Source: Octopus bimaculoides (lineage: Eukaryota). From it: 64,000 nt of DNA. Shown piece after piece: positions 24,986 through 38,500 of the stretch. Position numbers and translations under genes: made by a program. Position 1 is the first letter of the stretch; every line of letters starts with the position of its first letter. Location of the stretch: the NCBI RefSeq assembly GCF_001194135.2, contig NC_068991.1, positions 2,727,642 through 2,791,641 of the forward strand, written 5' to 3'. The notes below the pieces were generated by a model. It did no database searches and was not told the DNA's origin. It worked only from the letters and a program-made list of their open reading frames with translations.

Positions 24986-27900
24986 CATGCATACAAACAC
25001 ACACATATATGGGTGGGTGGCTTCTTTCAGATTCTGAGTACCAAATCCACTCACAAGGCTTTGGTTGGCCCAGGAAAATAGTAGAAGGCACTTGCCCAAA
25101 GTGCTCCAGAATAAGATTGAACCAAAGACCACGTGGTTTAAGAAGCAAACTTCTTGCCACACAGCCACCTCTAACTGTTGAATAAAGCCAAAGACATAAT
25201 CAAGGTTTTTAAATTAATGAAACACTGTTATAGAAGACCAATGATTCCAGACACTCACCTGAAACAATCTTCTGATCCAGATCCATCACGATTCACAGAA
25301 ACCTAAAATCAGGAGAGAGAGACTAAACAAGACATTGTTTTAATTGTAGAGAACAAAGGGTCAGGGGTCAAAGGTCACAGAGAATGGTCAGCGGCTAGAA
25401 GTCAAGGGGTGATGAATGATTAGAAGCCAGCAACAGCCAGACTTTTTGATCAGTTGAATTAAGTTTGGGACATATTTGACCTGTTAAAAGAAAATCCTTT
25501 TTACTGTAGTATGTTGTGGGGAAAATTGTTGCTTTAGCAACAGGTATTAAAGCACCAACGGTTGTTTCAGAGCAACTCTTGTGGACCAACGAATGCATTT
25601 CAAGCTCTTTTATTATCGTCAGTACAAGACATCAAGGGAGATAAACCTGAAATGACTCTGGATGTCAATGCTTCTGTATATAAAATCAGGAAAGATTATT
25701 AAGTGACTGCGTGCCTTGCTGTAAAGATAACAATTGACCAGAGGTCAGAAGATGGACAACAAATGAGTATGAAAGCAGTCTTATATCAGAAACAGTAAAT
25801 GGTCAAAGATCAAGGGAATCAAGCAGCATTGGAGGTCAGAGGTCAGGGAGTCAAGCAGTGTTGGAGGCCAGAGGTCAGGGACTTAAAAAGTGTAAGAGGT
25901 CAGAGGTCAAGAGAGTCAAGCAGTGTTGGAGGTCAGAGGTCAGGGAGTCAAGCAGTGTAGCAAAAGAAACAATGTGTTACCTGGAGTGTCTCATATTCAA
26001 AGTAGAGTTTCTTTGGCGGCAGGATTCGTTGAGGATGAGGATGGTCAAACAGCTGGACAACACCACAGTTGGTCACGTTAGTATGGTTGTCCACCAATTG
26101 CAAGTGGACATTTTTGGATTCCACAGATGCTTCTCCACTCAGCTGAAGATGGCAGCGGCAGAGGATAGGGAAAACAAGATAAAAAAAAGAAAACTGAATG
26201 ACGCACCAGAGAGAGGAGAGTGAGTCATCATCATCATCATATCCTTACAACCACTCCCCTAACATCATTGCTTCCTTCTCTTCCTCTTCATCATCACCAT
26301 CACTGCAATAATCACCATGTTTATCATCATAGGAATAAATTGAGCCAATGAGGAAGCCCACATTGTTGTCATGTGATCTAATAGAAATAGCAACCAAATC
26401 TTCCTCAAGTCATACCCTAAAACAAGAATGGGGTGTCAATGGCCTTTTAGGTCCGTGAATGTGGCCTTCTTGAAAAAAAAATCAGGATTTTGTATAAAAA
26501 AAGCATATTTTTGTTAATTGTATGGTATTATATTTATTTGATTTCTTACCATAATCATCAACATTGTTTAACATCAGTTTTTGATGCTGGCATAAACTGG
26601 ATGGTTTGAAAGGAGCTAGAAAGTGAGAGAACTACATTAAACTCCAATGTCTGCTTTGGCATGATTTCTATGGCTGGATGCCATTCCTAACACCAACAAC
26701 ACTTTTAAGGGTAGAGACCGTTTCCACTGTTAATTACTCAAACATACAGAGTTGAACTCAAAGTGCCTTTTTTCTGTCTGCAGCCAATCAAACAGGAGCA
26801 AGCAGAGAAAGATGCTTGTTCAGGGACAAACACTGAACATGTTGTTAGAAGATGTGCATTTATTATCAATGAACAACCAAGAAACCTGGAAGAAGAAAAC
26901 AGAAATCCATCCCAATGAGAAAAGGTTGAGCACTGACCTTGTATCCAAATGTCAAATCGATCCAGTCATGGAGGCCAGCAGACACTCGGTTACTCTCCAG
27001 CATGGCCATGTGCTTTGAGATGAAATCATGCGGGTTCCTGCACCAGTTAGGTACTGCGAGGTCAGGCAGGTCAGCATGTAATGATTTGAAGATAGATGGA
27101 TCAATGAAAAACTCTGGAATGCACTCATCTGGTGTCCACTGCTGGATACGAGTAATACTAGCTGGGTACTCACTGGGCACCCAGTATGGTCGCACATGGG
27201 CACACAGTATTGGTTTTGATGTCCTTCGTGCTTTGTACACATAGTAGGTGATGTCGGACAGTACATCAGACACGTGGTGTGGAATGTAAGTAGAGCGGTG
27301 TGCTGGGTCCCCTGAAACTATAGGCATTTCTTCATAGGTCAAGTCTAGTTGACGGTCACCCTTGTTCAAGCGATACTTCGTTTTTGAGAGGTCGCGGAAG
27401 TTTTTGTGTTCAGAGGTGAAGTCTGAGACCCACGGCAAAATTGGGTGGTTGTTAGGATCACCAAAGCGCCGACCGGCCAAATGGTTTAGTATCATCAAAT
27501 ACTTGAAGTTGCTGAGACGCCGATGAACCCAGTCGGACACAATGTTAGAGAGATCATCAATGGAATAAACCGTGTACAGGCAAGAACGGACAAAATTCTG
27601 AGCATCATCAACTAAGGATCTCGTGAGCTTAGGGGAGGAATAAGGGAATACTGAAGTAGATATGTTGCTCTTCGTTTCTGGTCTGTTGATGGTCAGGTTG
27701 CATTGGAAGGACACATGAGGTAAGGAGAGGTTTACCCAAAGCTTCTTATCAACATTGACCTGATGCAACTTCAAATGACCGGCAGAGATGCCCCTGCTAT
27801 GTGCATACTGTAAGGTTTGGAGAATCTGGTATTGTACAAAGAGGGATTTGGCATGTGACTCCTTGAACAAAGAAGGGCTATAGGAGACCACATCCCACAG

Positions 27901-28898
27901 TGTGTATGGAAAGTAGGGTTGAATGAGCAGAAACTGCTCAGAAAGTTCCAGAAACAGATGTATTGGGACTACATTATGGAATGGTTGAGTTGAAGATCCC
28001 TCTGTTGCTGAGGGCAAAGGTGATGAACGGGATTGTTGCTGTTGTTGCTGCTGCTGCTGTTGTTGATGTTGCTGTTGGCAACCATCAATTCGAATCACAT
28101 GTCTTGGTTTGAACCGCAGTACAATTTCACGGAATAAATCTGTAAACTAGATTGAGAAAGAGCAGAAATTAATTTAGAGTAAGCATGTGAATGTACACAA
28201 GTAAGAATTAGTGTATATGTGAGCACAGACATGGTTGAATGGGCAAGAAGTTCACTTCACAATAGTGAAGTCATGAGAGGCAGACTTGAAGCTGACAAGA
28301 AGAAGAAGAACAACAACAACTGTATCTAATGTGAATCTGTGACTTACCTTCCTCTTTTTACCGTCGCTCGTCACTTGCCGCGTGAGTAAGTTTAAGCAGG
28401 CATTCTGATAGAGGTTCTTTCGATTTTCCTGACAAATGTATGTCAACAATTCAGACAGGCTGTAGTCCTTCAGGTCACAACAGAGAGGACGGTCAGGTAA
28501 ACTGGTCAAAGGATGGAAGAGGGCAGAGAAAACTTCATGAAACAGGTCTGTTACCGATGTATGTGTGTGTGGGTATGTAGTGAGGATGTGTGGCTTAAAG
28601 GTTAGGGGATTTGGCTCATGATTATAACGTCGTGAGTTCAATTCCAAATGGTACACTGTGTCCTTGAGCAAGACACTTTATTTCACTTTGCCTCCAGTCT
28701 ACTCAGCCGGCAAAAATGATTTGTACCTGTTTTTCAAAAGGGCCAGCCTTGTCACATTCGGTGCATCATGCTGAATCTCCCTGTGGAGTTCTCAGCCACT
28801 TGCATGTTAATTTCACAAGCAGGCTGTTCTGTTGATCAGATCAACTGGAACCCTCACCGTCGAAACCAACAGAGTTACAGTTGGCTTTTTTTTATGTG

Positions 28899-28938
<40 letters not shown>

Positions 28939-30773
28939 CGCGCGCGCACACACACCCACAGAAAGACAGATAGATAGATCATATTGATAGTGACTTTGAA
29001 GTTCCACTAAGTATATAGTTGGTTCAAACTGTTGTAGATTGAATAATCTTCCAGCTTGTCAAAACTTTGAACTCACTATCAACAAAATCATAATATATAT
29101 AAGGCTTTACATGCAGAATGGATCTTTTCCCCAATCAAGCTACAATTTTAGGTACATACCAGCATGGACCATGGATATTAAATCATGATGATGATACATA
29201 CATACATACATACATACGTCCATGCATGCTTACATATACACAAGCATACATTCATATCTATACATGCAAGTATACATACATACATACACACATATACACA
29301 CTCATGCAAATATCTCTTTATCTTTTTCAAGCACGCACACACACACACACACACACACATACAAATATTTCTTTATCTCTCTCAAGCACTGCAACACATA
29401 GATGCATGCACACAGACACACACATAAACACATGTGCACACATACACACACATGTGTACACATACACACACATGTGCACACATACACACATTACTTTATC
29501 TCTCCCACGCACAAAGGCATGTACACATATACACACCTACGAATAGAGGAAGGCATCACTTACTCATTGATAAGCTGGTCAGATTTATCAACTACCCTGA
29601 CCAGAACACGTAACCATTCCAAGGGAAGGTCATCGTTGGAAGCTGCTAAATATTCATCACAGAGGTCAGCAGCTAAATACACCTGGTCATCACATGTGCC
29701 ACCACCAATAGTTTCCCGGCTGATGTTCTTCAACCATTCTTTAGACACCTGAAAAGAAGCAAAAATTTAACAAATTCATCAGAACAAATCAGAAATTTAT
29801 CATTATTATTATTACTATTATTATGTGGATTTATATAAAACATCTGCTGTCGCATGTAGGATGGATCCGGCTATCAGCTGAATCCATAGTGAAGACAAAA
29901 TTATACCAACCATAACAACAGCAATATCTACAGTATTTTCATTATTTACATTTGACTGATATTTGTCCTCATCTTGTTTGTTGTTAACACAACGTTTCGG
30001 CTGATATACCCTCCAGCCTTCTTCAGGTGTCTTGGGGAGATTTCAAACCTGGGTTCTCATTCCTAAGGCATTTTTTGATGTTATTATTATTATTATTATT
30101 ATCATCATTATTCAGGTCACTGCCTGGAATCAAACTCAGAATCTTGGGTTTAGTAGCCCACATTCTTAACCACTACACCATATGCCAGTGAGCAATTATG
30201 AAGTGAATTTTAGGGCTTATAAATCTAATATTTTCCTATCCTTCCTTAATACCGGTTCCCCTATGCTGCTCATATCTGCACTCAGTCTGCTTAGGAGGTT
30301 GTTGTGTCTTAGCAAATGTGCTGCTCCTTTTAGTTCCCGTATTTTCCAGTGGTGTTCTCTGTTTAATATTTTAACTTCATCCCACATGGGAAGGTGGTGT
30401 CTGTCAAATGTAAATAATGTCAATAATGTAAATAATATACATAATTCCTCATCTCTTAAATATAGAACTGAACAGCAATATCTGTCTGAAAGTTTCAAAA
30501 CACAATGTCTCCCTCTCACCAATTCTCAAGTCTTTCCTTAACCAATCCTACGATAGACAGGCACATCCATATACACATATGTCAAAAACTAGAATCGGTG
30601 GAGACTAGAAGTGGTCTATATTAGTAAATATTGTATTTGTAAAGAAAGTTTAAAGTTTGTTAGGTCTGTAAGAGATCGAGTGAACATAAACCTAAATAAT
30701 AATTTTGAAGTTTACAAAAATATACTTACATACAAATACACTCACAAATACACATATATACACACACACACAC

Positions 30774-30866
<93 letters not shown>

Positions 30867-33410
30867 TATATATATAAATATGCATATATATATACTTTGC
30901 TTTTCATCCTTTNNNNNNNNNNNNNNNNNNNNNNNNNNNNNNNNNNNNNNNNNNNNNNNNNNNNNNNNNNNNNNNNNNNNNNNNNNNNNNNNNNNNNNNN
31001 NNNNNNNNNNNNNNNNNNNNNNNNNNNNNNNNNNNNNNNNNNNNNNNNNNNNNNNNNNNNNNNNNNNNNNNNNNNNNNNNNNNNNNNNNNNNNNNNNNNN
31101 NNNNNNNNNNNNNNNNNNNNNNNNNNNNNNNNNNNNNNNNNNNNNNNNNNNNNNNNNNNNNNNNNNNNNNNNNNNNNNNNNNNNNNNNNNNNNNNNNNNN
31201 NNNNNNNNNNNNNNNNNNNNNNNNNNNNNNNNNNNNNNNNNNNNNNNNNNNNNNNNNNNNNNNNNNNNNNNNNNNNNNNNNNNNNNNNNNNNNNNNNNNN
31301 NNNNNNNNNNNNNNNNNNNNNNNNNNNNNNNNNNNNNNNNNNNNNNNNNNNNNNNNNNNNNNNNNNNNNNNNNNNNNNNNNNNNNNNNNNNNNNNNNNNN
31401 NNNNNNNNNNNNNNNNNNNNNNNNNNNNNNNNNNNNNNNNNNNNNNNNNNNNNNNNNNNNNNNNNNNNNNNNNNNNNNNNNNNNNNNNNNNNNNNNNNNN
31501 NNNNNNNNNNNNNNNNNNNNNNNNNNNNNNNNNNNNNNNNNNNNNNNNNNNNNNNNNNNNNNNNNNNNNNNNNNNNNNNNNNNNNNNNNNNNNNNNNNNN
31601 NNNNNNNNNNNNNNNNNNNNNNNNNNNNNNNNNNNNNNNNNNNNNNNNNNNNCAAACATCATTTGTTATGTGTTGTTGTTGTTATAGTTGCTTAGCCCAA
31701 GGTCAACCATGTTCAAGCAAATCTATGACGAAGATCATTCCAGCTGTAATTACCTCAACATTCGTTTACTTTGTAATTAGGGCATTGCACTCATGATCAC
31801 TCGATCTTGGGTTCAATTACTGGACTGAGCAATGTAGTGTGTCCTTGAGCAAGACACTTCATTCCATGTTGCTCCAGTCCACTCAGCCGTAAAATGGGTC
31901 ACCCTGCTATAGACTAACCTTCTATTCAGAGGGGATCCAGTGGATCCTGACAAAAACTGTCCAAACCATGTCAGCACGGAACACAGATGTCAAATAATGA
32001 GAATGATGATGATAATGAGGAGGAGGAGGGAGAAGAGGAAGATTTATCATGTGTGACTGTTTTGGAATAAGTACACCACACCCCTGACTGTCATCAGGAA
32101 AGGCATCTGGTTCAGGAAAACTGTTTAAGGGATGTCACATGGAAAAGCAGACAATAAACAAGGATGACAATGTTGATGATCATAATGTAAACACACACAC
32201 ACACACACACACTCATATACACACACACTCATATACACACACATATACACAACAGCTTTCTTTCAGTTTCAGTCTACCAGGTCCAAACGTGAGGCTTTGG
32301 TTGGCCCGAGGTTATAGTGGAAGACACTTGCCCAAGGTGCCACGCAGTAGGACTAAAACTGGAACCATGTGGTTGGGTTTTGGCCTTACGATTGGTTTTT
32401 ACTGTAAGTTCTGGTTTCTTTATTAAGCAAACTACAAGTGAACCAACACACACACAGAAGAAGAAAGAAAGGGGGAGGAGAGAAGGAGGGACATGTCAAC
32501 CCCAGTTTAGCGCTAAAGGAAACCCCTTAAACCCTTATAAGAACCAACCTGTATACAGCTCCCTATTATTCAGAAGAAAATTAATCACAGTTTCAAATCC
32601 TCAGAACGAGGAAGAGCATTTTACTTTATTTTTATTTTCAACTTAACAACCTTGAGAAACAGCATTAAACCCACAACTTCACGCATGCAACAGATCTTCC
32701 TAGCCAGAATGCAACGTCCCAGTTCTCAAGCTGGGATGCTGTGGCTGCAGGTGCACAACGGGTAGGTGGGGAAGGAGGGAGGGAGGGAGATTAAAAGCTA
32801 AAATATTTTCACATTTAATTTGGTTTTAATCAGTTATTACTCATCCACCCCATCACACACTCCACACACTCCTTCTCTCACACACACATGCATACACACA
32901 CAAACATATGTACACATTCTGTCAGCTTAGAGGGCAATGGTAAACCTGAACGTGCTGTGCACTGAATGTTACAGTTAGTACTGTGGGTGGTGGTGGTGGT
33001 GGTGGTGTTGATAGCTGAGGTAGTGTTGTTGTTGTTGACAGTGGTGGTGAAGGTGGTGGTGGTGAAGGTGGTGGTGGTTTTAGCAGTAAGGTGGGTGTAA
33101 GCTTTATCAGACCCCATTAATGCTCAACATTAAAACTCTAAGCTAAAAGTTACAAGTTAATACTGTCAAACCAATTAAGCCCATGAAAGAACCTCTAACT
33201 GGCCACTTGACTGGCTAGAAAGAACAGCTGAAACTTCTTCACATCATGCTGCTAAAAGATAATAGGGACACATTAGACAATAAAACCCTAGATACACTAT
33301 GTCTGAAGAAAAAAAACAGGATAAGATAATCACAGCAGAGAACCCTTCAGTCTGCCTTATTAGGTCCAACCAGGGGTTAAATAACAGCATCAGTTGTTAC
33401 TGCTGCTGCT

Positions 33411-33459
<49 letters not shown>

Positions 33460-35458
33460 ATACCAGAAACATTACTAACTCAGTTCAAAGTTCCTTATTC
33501 TGCCAAGGACGCTTATCTCTGTACGTGTGCGTGTGTATGTGTGTAAATTTGTCATTATGCATGAATGCACATATCTGCTTATGCATGTATGAGAATTTAC
33601 ACACACACACACACACACACACGTGTGTGTGTGCCACTGTCAACTCTTGATACTTAAGACAGAGTATGCAGCTTTAAAAATCAACCAGTGCACGTTTAGC
33701 ATTGTATCTATATAAATATATGGATATCCGGTTTCAAGCTGTGTCTCATTAAAATGGAACATTCTTATTAAAACAGGATTTGCTATTTGTGTGCGTGCGT
33801 GTGTGTGTGTGTGTGTGGTTAAGAAGCAGGCTTTGCAACCATGTGGTCTCAAGTTCAGTCCCACTGTGTGGCACCTTGGGCAAGTGTCTTCTATGCTAGT
33901 TCTAGATCAAACAATGCCATGTGAGTGAATTTGGTCGATGGAAACTGAGGAAGCCTATCATGAATGTGCATGTGCATATGTATGCATTGATTGTCAAGAG
34001 GTGGTGGTGGCAGGGGACAAACACACACACACATAAATAATGTGCATATATATATATATATATACATATAGGCAATAGGCATCTTTCATTTTTTCCATCT
34101 ACCAAATCCACTCACAAAGCTTTGGTCAGCCCAAGGCTATAATACCATAGATGCCACTTGCCTATGGTGCCATGTGGTAGGACTGAACCCGGAACCATGT
34201 GGTTGGGAAGCAAGCTTCTTACCACCCATCCACACCTGATCACAGCATTGCTCCAAATGTAAGAAATGGGTGTTATATAACATTATAACACAGCTATGAT
34301 GACACACTTAAATGTTGGACAAATTTCCTATGATGACAGAAACACAGAAACCTAATTCATTTGGTGCTGGTTAAGCATAAATTCCTTGTCTCAGAGTTGC
34401 AGTACATGTTTAGACAGGATGTTTATAGAAATAATATCACAGGAATTTAAACATAGAATTCTTACTTAAAAAAAATAAAGAAGTCCCTGCATTTTCCGTT
34501 TATTCTTCTTCCCTAAACCATATTAATGATGTACAATATATAGGAGAACCTACTAAATGAGTTTAATTACATAAATTGGTTTATACTAGTATATTACTGA
34601 TACATATTTATCCTCCAAAGAGTGAAGTAAACTAAATCCTTCAACTCAGAAACTAGAGAGATAAAACTAAATTATTTAATGATAATTTCTAGCTTGAGAA
34701 AACTCTTTTTCCTTCCTCTCTCTCTCCCAGAGCCCTCAGAGGTCCTGCAGGGGGTCAAAGATACTGGCTTGTTGCCACTGGATGCCTAGCGTTCTGGTCA
34801 ATCGTTTTTCTCTTCTTAATTCTGTTCTTTTTTTACTCTTCCCAATTCTCTTCATATCCATTTGAGGATTTCTATTCATTTATTTATTGTCTTCGTTTAT
34901 CGATTCAAATCACTGTTGTTTACTTTCATACATCTACCCTGTATTATTTTGTTTGCTCCAGCCCTAATACTCCGCAAATCTTGAGGGTGACACCAATGCA
35001 GGAAGGCCCTAGTCTTATTGTTAAATATATATATAGCCGCAGGAGTGGCCGTGTGGTAAGTGGCTTACTTACCAACCACATGGTTCCGGGTTCATTCTCA
35101 CTGCGTGGCACCTTGGGCAAGTGTCTTCTACTGTGGCCTCGGGCCAACCAAAGCCTTGTGGGTGGATTTGCGAGATAGAAACTGAAAGAATCCTGATGGG
35201 TGTGTATGCGTGTGTGTGTGTGTGTCTTTGAATCTGTGTTTGTATTCCACCACAGCTTGACAACCGATGTTGGTTTGTTTACGTCCCAGTTACTTAGCAG
35301 TTCAGCAAAAAAAGCCTGATAAAATAAGTACCAGGCTTTAAGAAAATAAGCATTGAGGCTGATTTGACTGATTAAAATTTTTGCAAGGTGTGTGCTCCAA
35401 GATGGCCACAGTGTAATAACTGAAACAAGTAAAAAATAAAAGATAAAAAATAACAGAG

Positions 35459-35506
<48 letters not shown>

Positions 35507-38500
35507 AAATACACACACACACGCATATACACATAGATAGTAGAATTAGAAACAGAAAGTCCTTGGTACAGTATTATATATCTGATCTGATAATTTTTCC
35601 ACTTTAGCAATTAGTTGCTTGTAATTAACTGTTTACAAACACTAATGATTTATAAACAACAAATTATCAGAATAGCCATTTCTATTCATTTTATCAAATA
35701 TCCACACACACACACACACTACACAACCATCAACACAAGGAACACTACTTTGGTTCCCATCCAAACAACTGTTAAGTATAAGCATAACAGATTGGACATT
35801 GTCGTTTAGGACAGACAAGAAAAAGTATGGAGTGTCATAGAGGTCAGTTGTCCTTCTGATGGGAATATCTCTTTGAAAATCAAAGAGAAAGAAGATACCT
35901 ATGGATAACTGTTTCGAAACCTCCAGCTTCTATGACCAGATCACAAATTCACGATTCTACCAATAATAATTGGTGCTCTTGGCTTTGTGAGTAAATGCCT
36001 AAGTCACAATTTAGATAAGCTTGAGTTTTCAGGAAAATAAATAATCCAACTGGTTCATACATTATGAATACAATCTGTAAGTGGAACAGTAAAAATATGC
36101 GAGACTTTTCTCAAGTTTAGAATGTGTTGCTTTTATTATCTGCATTGCAACGATGGAGCTTTGTATCTTTGTTGGAGACCAGTTCCTTCCTCAGAGGAAG
36201 AATTTAAATAATTAAAAACATATGAGAACATACATACATACATAGGTGCAGGAGTGGCTGTGTGGTAGCTTGCTTACCAACCACATGGTTCCAGGTTCAG
36301 TTCTACTGCGTGGAACCTTGGGCAAGTGTCTTCTGCTACAGCCTTGGGCTGACCAAAGCTTTGTGAGTGGATTTGGTAGATGGAAACTGAATGAAGCCTG
36401 TCGTATGTGTGTGTGTGTGTTTGCGTGTCTATGTTTGTCCCCCCACCATCACTTGACAACCGATGTTAGTGTGTTTACGTCCCCATAACTTAGAGGTTCA
36501 ACAAAAGAAACCGATGGAATAAGTACTAGGCTTACAAAGAATAAGTCCTGGGGTCGATTTGCACAACTAAAAGTGATGCTCCAGCAAGGCCGCAGACAAA
36601 TGACTGAAACAAATAAAGGAATGAAAACAGTATAGATGTGATGGGCTTCTTTCAGTCTCCACCTACCAAATCTACTTACAAGGCTTTGGTTAGCACCCAC
36701 ATGTACATGTATGTATCTATACATGGTGATGGGGATTGTAAAAAATGCAACAAGCCCAAACCTGTCCAAAGATGGATAAACCCAAAATAGAGTCAACAAT
36801 AACAGTGCAGGGACTCAGAAAAACATGAAGCAATGACTGAATATGCTGTAAAGCTACTGAATGATGGCTACATGTGTGCTCTTTAGCTATGGTGAAAGCA
36901 GCTTGTCTAGGAGATCACTTAGCATTAAACCCCAGGAGGTGAAACCAAAATAATCTTTGATCAATAACCATTTGTAATACACAATGGTCGTAGCATTGAC
37001 TTGATTCTAGAGATTTCACTTACATTCATGTTCAGCAGTGAGATGCTGTGTAGATTTCACCTTACTTTCATAATGGATGGCTTAGATCTCATCTGAGTAC
37101 AGGTATTGCAGGGTAATTACAGGTGATTCACTGAATTGTGCTAATTACCTGACATGTCTTGCAAAACATACTCTGATGGGTATTGATGATAGATATATAC
37201 GTGTATGTATGTGCATAGACAGACAGATAGATAGATAGACAGACAGATAGCTAATTAGCTAAACTGACAGACAGACAGAAATGTGCATGAGTTGTGTGTG
37301 TGTCTAAGTAACTGCAAATGTATTTGTGAATGTGTGTGTGAATGTATCCATGTATGTGTTGATTATATATGGTGGTATGTGTATTTGGAGAGTGTTTGTG
37401 TACACATACGTACACTTACTATACACACCGTGTACACATGTATATACACACATACACGCACATATGATTCATACACATAAACATACATAACGTAGCTACG
37501 TATGCAAACGCATTTATAAGCATGTACACACATGCACGCGCGCGCGCGCGTAATACAGACACCTGAACCGAGACAAGCATTAACAGACCCAGAGAGATGA
37601 GTCAACGAGGAAGTATCTACCGGGTCGTTCAACCTGCTAGAAATAGCAGCCGAACACCTCTGAAATCACACCTTATTAGATTTAGATACTATGGCTGAGG
37701 AAAAGATGCGGTGGTTGAGGTTGGAAAGTCTTTGATCACAGGTCTACTGGATCAGAGCAGACGAGGCACGGAACAGCATTATACATCAATCTACACTGTA
37801 GATATATAATGCTGTTCCGTACCACGTCTGTAGATTCTATAGTGTGTGTGCGTGCGTGCGCGTGTGTGATTCTGTGAGATAAAATAGGAAGTAATTTTGA
37901 TGAAATAATTATGGAAAGTATTGATAATTAATGACATCATTAACTGTGTTATAAAAAAAAAACATCTTCCTCGTCCCTCCATTTCTGTCGTATGAAACGA
38001 TTACACGCCTACTTCAATTCTGATCCTACTCTCTCAAAAAAAGGAAGGAGGGACATAGGGATAAATGGATAATAATATACAGTCTGAATAAGACGGGAGA
38101 GCCATGCATGGAGTGTCCTTGATCATGTTTTTTTTTTATACTTTGTTTCAATCAGAACTAACCAGAGTCTAAACAAGAACAACATTGATAGCAAAATAGT
38201 ACATTGTATTAGAATCTGTAGTCTTACATATCACCTAAAGAAAAAAAAAACAGTGTGGTCGCGGTTGGAACGCCTTCGATCATGGGTCAGGTCATAGCTG
38301 ATATGGAAGTGAGGGATAAACAAGAGCAACAATAACAAAGAAAAAAACAATGAGTCGACGATGATTGTGAGCTGAAAGATTTGGTTGCTATTTTATTGGG
38401 TTGACAAAAATAGCAGCTGACACTTCCCTCAAATAAACTGACAGACTTAACCTAACAATATGTGTGTGTGTGTGTGTGTGTGTGTGACAAGACTCACTCT

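Noticed and set aside
30705-31796. Long ORFs spanning N runs (also 5970-6491, 41839-42672, 46352-48115, 49512-50134, 55309-56095 and 60610-61795)
   Set aside because: Artefacts of assembly gaps translated as X.
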